A DNA stretch of 64,000 nt, from positions 1-64,000 of the IMG/VR virus record IMGVR_UViG_3300037725_000018. One strand, given 5' to 3'. The notes beneath the pieces are model-generated. The model had not been told where the DNA came from and ran no database searches. It saw only the letters and a list, made by a program, of their open reading frames with translations. Below, piece after piece: positions 27,790 to 39,166 of the stretch (position 1 is the first letter of the stretch; the number at the start of each line of letters is the position of its first letter). Both the position numbers and the translations under genes were made by a program.

Positions 27790-27996
27790 TTAATACCTGT
27801 TACTTCTATTTTTGCGTTTAATCCGGCGCTCTTTTTGTTTTCGAGCATCCCTTCTTTCTTTTGAAGGTTTTGTAAACTGCTGGTTTTGAATGTGCTCGTA
27901 TAGAATACCGGACTTTTTAACTCTCCGGTTGAAAACTGAAAGCGCCTTTTCAACGTCGTTGTCTCGAACTTCAACTCCTACTCTTGCTCTTTGCAT
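27790..27996 (-). CDS. rpsU: Ribosomal protein bS21
   Basis: VEVRDNDVEKALSVFNRRVKKSGIL...FTKPSKERR; 68 aa from ATG 27996. Confidence 0.9.
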   Translation of the reverse strand: MQRARVGVEVRDNDVEKALSVFNRRVKKSGILYEHIQNQQFTKPSKERRDARKQKERRIKRKNRSNRY

Positions 27997-28027
27997 ATAA
28001 CTCTGTGTGTTTTGATTGATTAGTATT

Positions 28028-28923
28028 TTATTGTGTTTTCTCTCTTGTTTCGCTAACAACATCGGGAACAGCACTCCTTATTGTTCGTCCCCATTTTTTG
28101 CTATCTTTCATCCTGCTGCGTCTTACGTTTCCTCTAAAAAGTCTTGTTCCGGACTGTTCTTTAGGAATAACATACATCGCAACACAGTTTCCTTCTCTTG
28201 GGTGGCCTTCAAATCCGGCTATGCCTGAAGATTGCGGGTCAACAAAACCAATAACACTCATTCCGTCTTCATAAACTCCAGCAGCTAGTTTTGTGCTAAC
28301 AACTTGGCCTCTGTCGGTATCTTCAATATCTCTTCTTCTTTTGAAGCTCTCTCTGATCCTGTCTTCAACTGGATTAATAATGTTTTCAACTAGTGCCCTT
28401 TCTGGAATATCTGTCAAATCTTGATTTCTTAGTGTCTCCCAAAGATCATTTCCCATATATGGGTCTAGTTCATAAAGATTTGAAACACTTTCAGTAACTC
28501 TTCGTCTTGATCTTCTTGAATTACTGTTCAGGGTCTTTCGAACTTCCTCACGAATGATGCGTTTAAGTTTGCGTTTTGATAGTCTCATTATACTGATTTT
28601 TTATTTTAGTAAATGTATATGCGTGTATAGCTTTACTTGCGAGTTACATTAAATCCTGCACCATCAAGGACTCGAAATACTTCTTGGGCGAGTCCCCTAC
28701 GCATTCCGTCTCCACTTACGACGTATGTTCTAGATCCATAATTGTAAGTGACGGTGGCAAGATCCGGGCCGTCTTCAATTTCCAATCTTTTTCCCATGTC
28801 AAAGATTGAGTCATATGAAGGAAGCCTCCGTCTAAGAACATTTGAAGGCTTGTTAAAAAGCCCTTTAGCTTCTTTAAGTTCTTCACGGATCATGCGGCGC
28901 AGTTTACGTCTTGAAAGTCTCAT
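28028..28923 (-). CDS. Two leader-bearing proteins (28028-28588, 28633-28923)
   Basis: MRLSKRKLKRIIREEVRK and MRLSRRKLRRMIREELKE. Confidence 0.75.
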
Positions 28924-28981
28924 TGTGTTTTAATTCTTCCTATTAACTTAACGTTAAATGTAATCGTTTGTAGTTGTTTGT

Positions 28982-29332
28982 TTACTTGGACATGATTCCA
29001 CCTACTTGCGGATCTCTTTTGTCTCCACCTGCAAACTTGCTTGCAGCGTTAGAAACAGAATAGACCCCATAAACGGCAAGGTTAAACTGTGTCCAGTTCA
29101 CCGGGTCAATAAATCCTGTAAGAAGAAGAGCAATGCTAATCACGTGAAGAGCAACCCCCGCAAGAAACTTCCTTGACGTAAACCGTTCTTTTAGGTCTTG
29201 AGGAAGCCCAACGTCAAGTTTCTTTTTGCTTTTTGGGGGATTTTCACTCTTCTCTTTATCTTCCCCGTCCCCAACTTGCTCTGGAGGTTTGGGGGGCATT
29301 GGGGCTTGTGTATTTGCTTTGTCGGTTGTCAT
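28982..29332 (-). CDS. Putative two-TM holin
   Basis: SRKFLAGVALHVISIALLLTGFI...WTQFNLAVYGVYSVSNAASKF. Confidence 0.5.
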   Translation of the reverse strand: MTTDKANTQAPMPPKPPEQVGDGEDKEKSENPPKSKKKLDVGLPQDLKERFTSRKFLAGVALHVISIALLLTGFIDPVNWTQFNLAVYGVYSVSNAASKFAGGDKRDPQVGGIMSK

Positions 29333-29431
29333 TGTCAGTTACTTTGTTTTTCAAAACATGAATATTTAACATAACCTTTATTGAAAACAAGCGGTAACTG
29401 ATTTGCAACCGTTTTATTTAACTTATATTTT

Positions 29432-29854
29432 TTACAGGTCTTCAATCATAAACCGAAGTCCGCGAATTACTTTCGGCTTGATAGATGTTGGCATATCGTC
29501 TTTTGTGACCGTTTCAAGGTCAAGCTCGACCTCTTTGCTTAAAAGATTGTTTAGGTCTTCGACAAGTTGACCTTTATCTTCGAACTTCGGGTCAACCTGT
29601 TCGTTGTCAGGGTCAACGCCTTCCGGGTATACCGGATCACCGTTTTCGTCACGAACGATTTGGTCATTAACGTGGCGCTGGTATGCCTTTTGATAACGTT
29701 CGTGAGCCTGTTCGAGTTCTTCAGCGTTAATGACGACCGCCCAAACTAGGTCGCCTTCGATTTCCATGTCTTCTAGAACTTGAATTGCTTGTCGTGCTTG
29801 AATAACTTCTCGGTTTGTAAGCTTCATTTTTTGTATAATGGTTTTATTGTTCAT
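29432..29854 (-). CDS. Hypothetical protein (possibly DUF1617-like)
   Basis: MKLTNREVIQ...LNNLLSKEVELDLETV...IRGLRFMI pattern; second Met is the likely start. Confidence 0.5.
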   Translation of the reverse strand: MNNKTIIQKMKLTNREVIQARQAIQVLEDMEIEGDLVWAVVINAEELEQAHERYQKAYQRHVNDQIVRDENGDPVYPEGVDPDNEQVDPKFEDKGQLVEDLNNLLSKEVELDLETVTKDDMPTSIKPKVIRGLRFMIEDL

Positions 29855-29877
29855 TCATCTGACGTGTCAGGTTTGAT

Positions 29878-32309
29878 TTATTCTTGGCCGCTTGACACGT
29901 CGAAGTAGCGGTCAAGAATCATTGCAATATCTTCATATAGGGCAGAAAGACGTTCTCGGTTCTTTTGCGTCTTTTCTGCCGTTTTTTCAAACTTGTTTAA
30001 ATATTTTTTGAGTTCTCTCATATTGCGGTTAACCGTTACGTTGTCAAACGGCGTGTTCTTTTCGTTTAAATACCGCTTGGCGTACTTAGCAACCGCATGA
30101 AGTTTCTTTGAAAGCTTGTTTAAATTTCCTTCATTATATATATACTTGTCGTTTTCGTGAAAATTTTTTAGCTCACGAAAGAGGATTTTCTTTTGGTCTT
30201 CGGAAAGATTGCCTTCCGATTCAAACCAGTTTTCGTTTGAAGACTCTTTTTTCTGTTCTTCGACCAAAAGTGAAACAAGCTTATCAAATTTCATGAGATT
30301 TTCTTTTTACTTCAGTCTTATATATCTACCACTCTTTCCTTGTTGCCATTCTTGACAAATCTGTAGTCGTATATGCTTTCTTCCCCGGCCTGTGGCCTTT
30401 CGATTTCGTACCCGTTGTTTTTAGCCCACATCTTCATCTTCTCAAAAGCGTGGGTTAAATTAGACCCTCTTGTTATGTGCTCGATTTCATAGTCTTTTTC
30501 TTTTGGAGCAGTAAGCCCAAGCCTCACAACGTCAGAAAAAAGCTTTTCGCGTAAGATATCCTTAAAAGTAATCATTATCCATCAAACCATAATTCAGCAA
30601 CTTGACCGTCAAATCTAACTTTATTTAAGTCACTTCTTTTAGCAATGGAAGAAAGCATATTCGGATTCAAGGTTAGACCACCGGGAAGAGTCGAAGGGTT
30701 AATCTCTACTATATAAATAGGTTCGCCCATTCGCATATCTTCCTTATAAACTTTGTAGCGAGAGGTATCACCTAAACCCATAGTTTGAAGAGCAGAGTCT
30801 ATCTTCCGGGGAACACTAGGCCCGGACACTGTTTCTTGTTCAGACAAAACCTTTTTTGTTTCTTCACGAACTATTTTCTGAAGTTTTTGGTTACTAATTT
30901 TCATTTGTCTTTTTGGTTTAGTGTTTTTTTTAATCATTCTCCCCGTTTGGGCCTGTTCTCCAATCTTCACGGCCCAAATACTCGTCTTTTAGCGAAGCGC
31001 AAAATGCTTCCGGGTCGTCAAGCTCGTCTTCCATTTTGTCCATACAATTTGAGAAAAACCCTTCTGTGTCGTCTTTTGTTTTTCCTGTAAGGCTTCTAGC
31101 AAAGCTTTGAAGGCTTTCTTCGTCCCATCCGGGGGGAAGGTTTTCCCATCCTATGTACGGATTCTCTTCCGCTAACAAATGTTCTTTAATATACGCTCTT
31201 GCTTTTCTTCGAAAAGCCTCTTCTTTTACTTCCGGGGGAATGTCGTCGTGACCAGTTTCGGCAAAATCTTTTGCATCTTCCATCGAAATGTCGTCAGCGA
31301 TAGACTTGATCTTTTCTGCCAAGTCGTCGTCAAGCTCGCCCAAGTCAAGTTCTCCTTGCTTGTAAGCGTAAACCATTCCGAAAAGCCTCTGTTGGGTTTC
31401 AGACTTTGATTTTTCGTTTACAACAGATTCATCAAGCCGTTCTCTTGATTTTGGGTGCATCCCAATCCTACCAAAGTATTCCCGGTTAAGCTCTCGGATT
31501 GCCTTTTTTGGGTTTTGAAGAAGCATGTCTACCTCTTCTTCGTTGATGTAGTAAGATCCGGCCCCTTCAATACCTTTATCAATGAACCTGTAGTCCTTGT
31601 GATAACCTCTAGCGGCCTTTAGCCCAAAGATAGTATATGGACCTTCAAACTCGCTTTCCTCTAGAGGAACGGCCACTAAAACGTTCATCGGCTCGCTGTA
31701 GTGAACTTCTTCGAATGCATCTTCTTGGTGAAGCATCCGATACGTCGTGTTGTACAAGTCGGTAATTTCTTGGAAGGTGTCCGTATACGGCCTGCCGGGG
31801 TTATACTCTCTGTAGTGGCTAAACGGAGAACGCACAGGTCGTCCACGATTTGCATAATACGCCTCGTGAATCAAACTTCTAATGAAATCTTTACTGTTCA
31901 TATCTTTTTACTGGTTTTCTAAAGTTCCTTCGGCTGTTGACTTCATTTCTTCGATGAACTGCTCTACGGATTCAACGTCAAACTCTCCTGCCGCGTCGGA
32001 AACGTCGTTAACAATTTCTTCAATTGAAACGGTTGGAAAACTTGACGTGGTTGTTTTGAACCGAAGAATTTGCTTGCCCCGAAGGTCGGGGTTTTGAAGA
32101 GAAAAAGAAATTTGAAGAACGCTTCTAGATCGGCCAAAGTATTCTACGGTAACGTCAAACCCTTCATACGTTCCGTTATAGGTGAAATACGTTCCGGCCC
32201 TCCCTGAACGATATAGGTCCATTTCTTCACCTAGGTTTTCCCCAAGCGTTCGAAGCTCTTTTTCAAGTTCGGAAAACGCCTCTTTAAGTAAACTGTTGAG
32301 CCGAATCAT
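29878..32309 (-). CDS. Five leader-bearing head-cluster proteins (29878-30294, 30318-30575, 30575-30904, 30930-31901, 31908-32309)
   Basis: Leaders MKFDKLVSLLVE, MITFKDILRE, MKISNQKLQKIVREE, MNSKDFIRSLIHE and MIRLNSLLKE; 30930 contains a DUF3008-like KSKSETQQRLFGM module. Confidence 0.7.
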
Positions 32310-33007
32310 TATTCAATTTCGTATTCTTCAGACATTTCTTCAATAAGCTCGCTTGCAAAACTGTTTACGTCTTTCCACCTATCCATTTCTTTCTTTGCCT
32401 CCCGGCTTTCGGTAATAAGACCCTCTTGCACGACCCCTTCGTTTACTTCGTCCATGAACGCGCCGTGTGTTGAAGGGTTTGAAACAAAGTCCCAAGCGAT
32501 AAGATCAAAGTCATTTCCAACTCGAAGCGTTCCGTCTGTTTGTTCTTTCACGCTTCCCATTCCACGGCTTGAAATTCCGATATTCACGTTGTCGTTAAGA
32601 AGACTTTTTAGAATTCGACCGTTGGGCGTGTCAAGAACTTTTACTTCCCCCATAAGATCGTTTCCTTTCCACCACACATCCGTAACCATGTGTGAAACGT
32701 TTTTTAGGTTCACAACGGAACTGTCCGGGTGGTCAAGTTCGCCTAATGCTCTGCGTTCATTAATGAGCTTCTTATAATCTTCAACTTCCCGTTTAAGCAC
32801 TTTTTTAGGATATATCCGACCGTTCTGGTTTTGGGCATTGGCCCGTTGAAGAATACCTTTTACAACAAGGGGCTCGTCAGAGTCCCCCGCAGCCTCGTCA
32901 AGTCGAGTCTTTTTCTTTTCGTACCTGAAAGGCCGAACATCAACAATGTCCGCTTTTTCTTTTTCCGGCTTTGTATCAAGCTGTTGTTTTGTTTCTACTT
33001 CTGCCAT
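32309..33007 (-). CDS. Prohead maturation protease (T4 gp21-like)
   Basis: NQNGRIYP, ALGELDHP, VSH, GISSRGMGS and DFVSNPST. Confidence 0.92.
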   Translation of the reverse strand: MAEVETKQQLDTKPEKEKADIVDVRPFRYEKKKTRLDEAAGDSDEPLVVKGILQRANAQNQNGRIYPKKVLKREVEDYKKLINERRALGELDHPDSSVVNLKNVSHMVTDVWWKGNDLMGEVKVLDTPNGRILKSLLNDNVNIGISSRGMGSVKEQTDGTLRVGNDFDLIAWDFVSNPSTHGAFMDEVNEGVVQEGLITESREAKKEMDRWKDVNSFASELIEEMSEEYEIE

Positions 33008-33037
33008 GTTTGAAAGCTTAGTTTTGATAATTGATTA

Positions 33038-34871
33038 CTAAAACAGTTCCGTAACACTTGAAATCATTCGAGAAACTTTGTCTGCGTCGTTTGCTCCAAT
33101 GATAATACCGTTTGTTTCTCCGTACTCAACGATGTATACTCCAACGTCCATTGTCCGCTGGTCTTCAACGGCATAAATTTCAATGTCTCCACCCATTGTT
33201 CGAAGACTTCCGATCTCTTCCCGGATTTCAATTGGACCTACACCTTTGCCAACAACCTCTCCGGGAGACAGGTGGGATTCGGAGATAAGATTTGAAACTT
33301 CTTCTCGAATAATACGTTTAAGTTTTTGTGGAGACATGGATCTTTTGGTTTCAAATTAGTCAATCCAAAAAGACCTGCGCCTAAACAGGTCGTAAAAGAC
33401 TTCTGAAATTTCCGAACGAATGATTCGCCGGATCTCTTCTTCTTCGTCTTTGGAAAATTCTTCTTTGATAAGGGTGCGACGCACCTCGTCTTGAATTATG
33501 CGCCGCAACTTCGTACCCTCTTTATCTTTCATTTAAAATTGAAGTTATCTTCTATTTCACCTACCAAGTACCAAAGGTCGTTACTGGACCCGGTAGTTCT
33601 CGTTGATGTATGAAAGCTTCTCTTCAAGCTCGTCGTTGCTTAGGCTTTCAAGAAGGGCTTGGGTAAAGGAAACCTCTCCCATAAGTTGCCTCATCTTGTC
33701 TGCCTGTTCGTTAAGCCTTTGCCGTTGGGACTGTTTGTTTTCGTTTAGTCCTGCAAGCTCTTTGAATCGTGACTTCTTTTGTCCGTTAATAAGATTTCCC
33801 ATTGTACGTTTTATAAATTGTGTAAAGTGAATGAATCTTTAGATACACGTAAACTTTTAATGAATCTTCGTATGTGAACTTATCGCTCAACGTCAATAAA
33901 GTTTCGGATGTTCTTTGCAATCTTACCCGGTTCTGCGTCTGCTCCAAGCTTATCTTTTATTTCGTCTTCTCCGATTTCGCCGTCTTCAAGCCTTCCTTGA
34001 AGCCCCTCAAGATCGTCAGCAACGTCTTCAAGCTCATCGGTTTCATAGTCGTCAAAAGCCTTCCTAAAGTCTTCAGCGGTGTTTCCGCTAAGGTCTTTAT
34101 CTGCAACCCCAAGGTCTTCAAGCTCTTTTCCTATATCTTTTGTTTTCTTTTCGGTTTCGCCGCTAGAGTCGTCGCCTCCACCGCCGAACTTCTCTTTTGC
34201 TTTCTTCTCTATTTTTTTAGCTTTCTTGAAGGCAGGGTGTCCACTTCCATAACTTAGAGCGGTTTTTAGCTTGATTTCTTTTCCCGTTTTTGGGTTTTCA
34301 ATCTTGGTGTTATACACCTTTTTCATTTTCTTATTTTTCTCTTCTCTAACCACTTGACGGACCATCTTTCTAATACCGCGAATGGCCTTTTGCTTTTTTA
34401 CTTCTTCGTTTATAATTTGTCTTAGTCGTTTTCTCATTTTAACGTTTGAATAGTTTTATGTGTGTGTTTGTGTTTAAAACTTATTGAGTAATGAATTTAT
34501 TATGTAATGAGTTTTTTGACCTCTCTTCGAATGCGCTCGTCTTTTTTTGCAAGTGGGCCAAAAAACGCAAGAAAGTCTTGAATAGCCTCCGGGCTTGTAA
34601 CGTCTTGAACAAGCGTATATCCGTATTGCTTGTTAATCTTTTTTAGCTTTTTCTTTCTTTTTTCTTCATCTTCTTCGGAGTCCCCAGAAAACGCATACGG
34701 GGTATCATATCCCGGAACGTTCAACGTGGTCGTGGCCTCGTCTGTCGTTTCTTCGTTTTCCTCTCTGTCAGAGTCAACAATAATTGTTTTAATGTACTCT
34801 CTTAGCTTGCCTTTCGGGTATTTAAGAGAGGAACCCTTGCAACCGCAGTCTTCGTTAATTTTTTTTCTCAT
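33038..34871 (-). CDS. Five small head-cluster proteins (33038-33337, 33356-33532, 33581-33802, 33880-34437, 34500-34871)
   Basis: Leaders KLKRIIREE, KLRRIIQDE (58 aa ORF read manually), RFKELAGLNE, RLRQIINEE and KLREYIKTII. Confidence 0.7.
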
Positions 34872-35758
34872 TGGCTTTGAAGCTGGTTTTCAATTTTTTC
34901 TTGAAGCTGGTAATACATAAGAAGTTTCGTCACTTGATCTTCGCTAACGTGCTGGCCATTTTTCACGTTACCGATAAGCTCGGAAGCTTCTTTAACCTTC
35001 GTTTTTGTAACTGTGTCTTCAATTTCACTTTGAAGAGAAGAAAGGGTTTCTTTCAACTCTTCTGCTTCAGAGTCCACATATTCCCGGAGGTTGTTCGTAT
35101 TTGAAATGTTGTTGATGTACTTGCGAAGAAGTTTCTTTTGCTTGCCATTTAAGCCGTTATAGCGGTCATTAAACCGCTCGATCATAAGCTTTTGTGCATA
35201 AAGGCGAAGGTCTTTACTTTGGTTTTTATACTCTTCAATCTCTTTTGACCGGGCCTCTCTTAACTTCTCTTCTTTGGTTGGCTCGGACGTATCACTTGTA
35301 ATGTGCTCGACAAGCGTGTCTTCAGATCGAACAACATCTGCAGGGTTGTATATTTCTTTGTCGTCTTTTTCCGCTTCAAAGATTTTGTAAACACTCGCAT
35401 ACTCTTTGTAGTTGTCAACTCTTGACTTGAAAAACTCTTCAAGTGGGTAATGCTCTTTGATCTCTCCAATCAAGTCGTATCTTTGATTATAAAGCTTCTG
35501 GTCGTCAAGCTTCTTACGGGCTTCAACAACTCGATCAATAAGCTCTTTTGCTTTGCTTGGGTCGGAGAAATCTTCACTCATTAAAACGTTGTACAAAGAA
35601 TACTCTTTGGCAAGCTCGGTATCTTTGTAGTATTCGCGGATAATTCGAGCCGCCTCGCTTTTTGTTTCTCCATTTAGGGCGTCAACGGTAATTTGACGCA
35701 CCAGCATTTCAAAAATCAAGCCAGTATTTTTGTATTTCGAGTGTTTTATCTTTTTCAT
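34868..35758 (-). CDS. Head-module protein downstream of portal, function unknown
   Basis: 296 aa helical protein MKKIKHSKYKNTGLIFEMLVRQ; promoter motif at 35786-35796. Confidence 0.8.
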   Translation of the reverse strand: MKKIKHSKYKNTGLIFEMLVRQITVDALNGETKSEAARIIREYYKDTELAKEYSLYNVLMSEDFSDPSKAKELIDRVVEARKKLDDQKLYNQRYDLIGEIKEHYPLEEFFKSRVDNYKEYASVYKIFEAEKDDKEIYNPADVVRSEDTLVEHITSDTSEPTKEEKLREARSKEIEEYKNQSKDLRLYAQKLMIERFNDRYNGLNGKQKKLLRKYINNISNTNNLREYVDSEAEELKETLSSLQSEIEDTVTKTKVKEASELIGNVKNGQHVSEDQVTKLLMYYQLQEKIENQLQSQ

Positions 35759-35826
35759 CTTAGGTTTTTGTTAAATCTTCTTCACTTTATATATAGAAAA
35801 GTTACGTGCTCCTTTGTAAAAGAGTG

Positions 35827-37731
35827 TTACAAGGTTTCATCTAGCAATTCTTTGAGTCTATCATTTTTTTCTTCAAGGGCTGACTCGTCCATATATGTAT
35901 CTTTCATATGATCTTCGTTTCCTTCGTCTTCTTTGTCTTCGTCTTCGGTGTATGTTTCATGAATGAGCCGTCTTTTTCTGTTGAAATGTTTCTCTAAACT
36001 TGAAGAAAGAGCCATTGGGCTTCCTCCTTGGTAGTTGTGAGTTATATCCGAAGACTTGTTTCTAAGTTGATTTGAAAGGTCTTTCATTCCTGAAACATCA
36101 TCGTCTCCGCCTCCAAGATCATTTCCACCTTCATCTTTATCTAAGTCTTCTAGTTCGTCTTCGGTGTTGTCAATGTCGAAGTTCTGGATTTGTGAGCTTC
36201 CACTCATTGCCAAATCACTTGGCGTCCCGTAACTCATTCCCGTCTTTACGGGATCGTTGCCTTCACGTTCGATTTGATCCTTTCGGAAGTTTCTCTTCCA
36301 GTCCCGAACCTTCTCTTTGTATTCTTCATCGATTTCGTCTTCGGACATGTTAAACACTTCCTTTGCAATCTTTTCATCCGATAGGAAAGGCATTTCTCGC
36401 ATGTCACGCGCAAGACTAACCTTCCGGCTAAGAAACTCAATCCGTTCTTGTTCTGCAACAATGCTTGGGTTTGTAAACGAGAAGTTAAAGTCAATAAGAT
36501 CACTTCCCCTGTACCCTCGGACATACAGGTGAACAACGGCGATTTTTTTCAACTCTCTTGCAATAGACCGTTGAAGGTTTTCTACGGCGTTAGAAAACTT
36601 AATGGACTCTTGGGCAAGAGTGGCTTTTCCTTGAATTTCTTGTTCGTATCCTAAGAAAGCATTTGGAATCTTTAAAGCCGACATAAGCTTCTTCCGAAGA
36701 TACTCAACGTCTTCCATCGCTTGATATTGAAGGCCCTGAAGACTTTGAATTTCCGTTCCGGATTGGTTTCCCCGAACCGGAAGAAAAAAGTCTTCAAGCA
36801 TATTCTGCATGTTGAATTCCAAGTTGTATTGTCCCGTTTCCGGGTCAACAAGCGGGGTTTGCTGAATGTCGTTCATTACGTCGTTCATATAGCTTTCAAT
36901 TGCGTCAGGTTCGATGTTCCCAACGTCAATTTTGAAAACCCGCTTCTCCGGTGCCCTCATGATCCGGTGAATCAACATAGCCTCTTCCATCAAAGAAAGC
37001 TGTTGCCAAATCTTTCGGCCATTTTCAATGATGCTCTTCCCGTACGGAAAAAAGTTCCCGTCATTTATGAATCGAAAGTGTGCAACTTCCCATTCTTCAA
37101 AAGCAACTTGCCCTTGCGTGCTGCTTGTGTATGCGGACCCGTGGGCATTCCCTTGATAGACAAATTTAATCTCGTCTCCGTGGGTATCTTCTTGTCTTAC
37201 AATTTCATACGGGGAAAGTGGGGTAACTTTTGTCACTCCAACGTCTTCGTTGATCGTCATGTGAAGAAACAAGTCCCCATACTTTGCAATTGAGCGTGCC
37301 CACCACCGGGCGTTAAAATTCACATCCAGAATATTGAAAACTAAATTTTCAAGAACAGACTTGATTTCCCCATTTTCACACTTTACATCCAAAATCTGTC
37401 CATATGCGTCTTTAGTTGCAACTTCGTTTGCGTAAATATCAAGAGCAGATGCAATAATCGGGTCTTGGTCCATATCTTCATAGGTTTGAAAAAGCTCAAA
37501 CCTGTTTGCATGAAGAGCCTGTGAAGACGAGTATCCGCTTGAAGAGTAATGGCTTTGCCCGGACCCATAAAGCTTTTTGAAACGCCCGTCCGCAAGGTCT
37601 TGTGAAATAGATTGGCTACTACGTAAGTCTGCCGTTGTCACGTCCTCTCCATCCGAAGAGCGGACAATCACCTCGCTGGAAAAGAGACGTGAGAGGGCAT
37701 TTCTAATACTTCCTCTTGACTTTTCTGCCAT
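35827..37731 (-). CDS. Portal protein (T4 gp20-like)
   Basis: YEDMDQDPIIASALDI, LMEEAMLIHRIMRAPEKRVFKIDVGN and MLEDFFLPVR. Confidence 0.95.
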   Translation of the reverse strand: MAEKSRGSIRNALSRLFSSEVIVRSSDGEDVTTADLRSSQSISQDLADGRFKKLYGSGQSHYSSSGYSSSQALHANRFELFQTYEDMDQDPIIASALDIYANEVATKDAYGQILDVKCENGEIKSVLENLVFNILDVNFNARWWARSIAKYGDLFLHMTINEDVGVTKVTPLSPYEIVRQEDTHGDEIKFVYQGNAHGSAYTSSTQGQVAFEEWEVAHFRFINDGNFFPYGKSIIENGRKIWQQLSLMEEAMLIHRIMRAPEKRVFKIDVGNIEPDAIESYMNDVMNDIQQTPLVDPETGQYNLEFNMQNMLEDFFLPVRGNQSGTEIQSLQGLQYQAMEDVEYLRKKLMSALKIPNAFLGYEQEIQGKATLAQESIKFSNAVENLQRSIARELKKIAVVHLYVRGYRGSDLIDFNFSFTNPSIVAEQERIEFLSRKVSLARDMREMPFLSDEKIAKEVFNMSEDEIDEEYKEKVRDWKRNFRKDQIEREGNDPVKTGMSYGTPSDLAMSGSSQIQNFDIDNTEDELEDLDKDEGGNDLGGGDDDVSGMKDLSNQLRNKSSDITHNYQGGSPMALSSSLEKHFNRKRRLIHETYTEDEDKEDEGNEDHMKDTYMDESALEEKNDRLKELLDETL

Positions 37732-37797
37732 TCTGTGTATTTATACTCTTTAAATTTATAACTTACTCGCTTCTATTCATTCATATATAGCTTTAGG

Positions 37798-38757
37798 CTA
37801 CACAAGCCTTACAATCTTGTTTTCGTCGGTAATTTGGTCGTATCCTTTTCCCCAATCTGCCACGTAGTTTCTTCCGACGTAACCACCGTAAACCTCTCCG
37901 TGTCCAGTCTGAGAATCGTATTCTGCTTGGTTGACGATGTAAAATTCATATGAAGACGGGTTAAAAGAACTCGTTCCAAGTTCGTCTCGAAGCTGGCGAA
38001 CAAGTTCGCTGTACTGTGGGCTTCTCGGGTGAACCAAAATCATATCCGGGTCGTCAATAACGTCCCCAACCGTAGACTCTTCCCGGTTTTCTTGCTCTTG
38101 TAGGCGTCGAAGTTCTTCAACGAAAATTTGCTGTTTTCCTTCTTTTGAATTGATTCTCATATTAGTTGACTCTTTATATTTATCGGATTTTCTTTTTTCT
38201 CCGTCTGATCGTTCGATGTATCCTTGTGCCTTGCAACTTGCTCTTTGGGTAAATCCCATGTCTTCCGGATCGGTGTTTTTGCAATACTCTTCACTTGCTT
38301 TTTCTAAAATGCGATTTCTAGTAGCGGAGCGAACGTATTCTTCAATTTTCCATTCTTCGCCTTCACTTAAAAGGTCGGACACGGACTTGTCTTTTCTCCA
38401 AAACACACAACTCCAAAACTTTGCGGTGTGCTTATCGGATTGATCAAGTTCCCCACAGCTAAATCTAGACCGGAAAGATTTAAGCCGTGCCGGATCGTCT
38501 CTTTTGATTTCCATCGTGTCAGACCCGAACTTAACTTTGTTCACGTTTCCAGAATCGGGGTTCCGGACGTAAACGGCAAACTTCTTTTCATCGTCTTCAA
38601 TCCGAAACGGGTCGTAAAGCGTAACTTCCCGACCATCATACTCTGCATCTTCTTGGTCCGGAAGCTCGGGAGTATCATAGTCGGGAAGATCGTCCATTGT
38701 AAGCTCTTCGTCTTCGTCTTCGGTCAATATGTGGGCGATCTGTTTTTTTGTAATCAT
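37798..38757 (-). CDS. Modular head-cluster protein
   Basis: KKFAVYVRNP...VKFG...RLKSFRSRFSC...KFWSC basic Cys module between acidic and leader-like segments. Confidence 0.7.
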   Translation of the reverse strand: MITKKQIAHILTEDEDEELTMDDLPDYDTPELPDQEDAEYDGREVTLYDPFRIEDDEKKFAVYVRNPDSGNVNKVKFGSDTMEIKRDDPARLKSFRSRFSCGELDQSDKHTAKFWSCVFWRKDKSVSDLLSEGEEWKIEEYVRSATRNRILEKASEEYCKNTDPEDMGFTQRASCKAQGYIERSDGEKRKSDKYKESTNMRINSKEGKQQIFVEELRRLQEQENREESTVGDVIDDPDMILVHPRSPQYSELVRQLRDELGTSSFNPSSYEFYIVNQAEYDSQTGHGEVYGGYVGRNYVADWGKGYDQITDENKIVRLV

Positions 38758-38800
38758 GATACAATTGTTTGCCTGTATTTTGATAAAATTTTAACTCTTA

Positions 38801-39103
38801 CTAACCAATCCGAACTTGAAAGTAAAACTGGTTGCCATACATTGCAACTTTCAAAATATCCATTCTTGCTCCATAAGAAAGGTCGTCGATGTTTAACTCA
38901 AAGTCTCGAACACCCGGCTTTAAGTACACCTCCCATGTGTCGTCTAGAAGCTGTGAAATTTGATCTACTTCGCGCCCTTCTACTCCGATTGCGCGTGTAA
39001 TAAGACGTTTAAGAGGTTCTGGATACTGCTCAAGGTTCTCTTGTTCTTTGATTACACGTCTTGTTTCTTTTTGAATAATTCTTCTAAGTTTTCTTTTGTT
39101 CAT
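38801..39103 (-). CDS. Leader-bearing small protein
   Basis: MNKRKLRRIIQKETRRVIKE. Confidence 0.75.
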   Translation of the reverse strand: MNKRKLRRIIQKETRRVIKEQENLEQYPEPLKRLITRAIGVEGREVDQISQLLDDTWEVYLKPGVRDFELNIDDLSYGARMDILKVAMYGNQFYFQVRIG

Positions 39104-39166
39104 TGTTTTCTATTTTTTTTATTAGTTTATGTAACGGTATTCAAACAACTCGTGTTTATATATCTT

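Noticed and set aside
37738-37745. Exact T4 late box TATAAATA upstream of the portal
   Set aside because: It lies only 6 nt from the ATG in AT-rich DNA; the near-match to the genome's own motif at 37783-37790 is the more plausible promoter.
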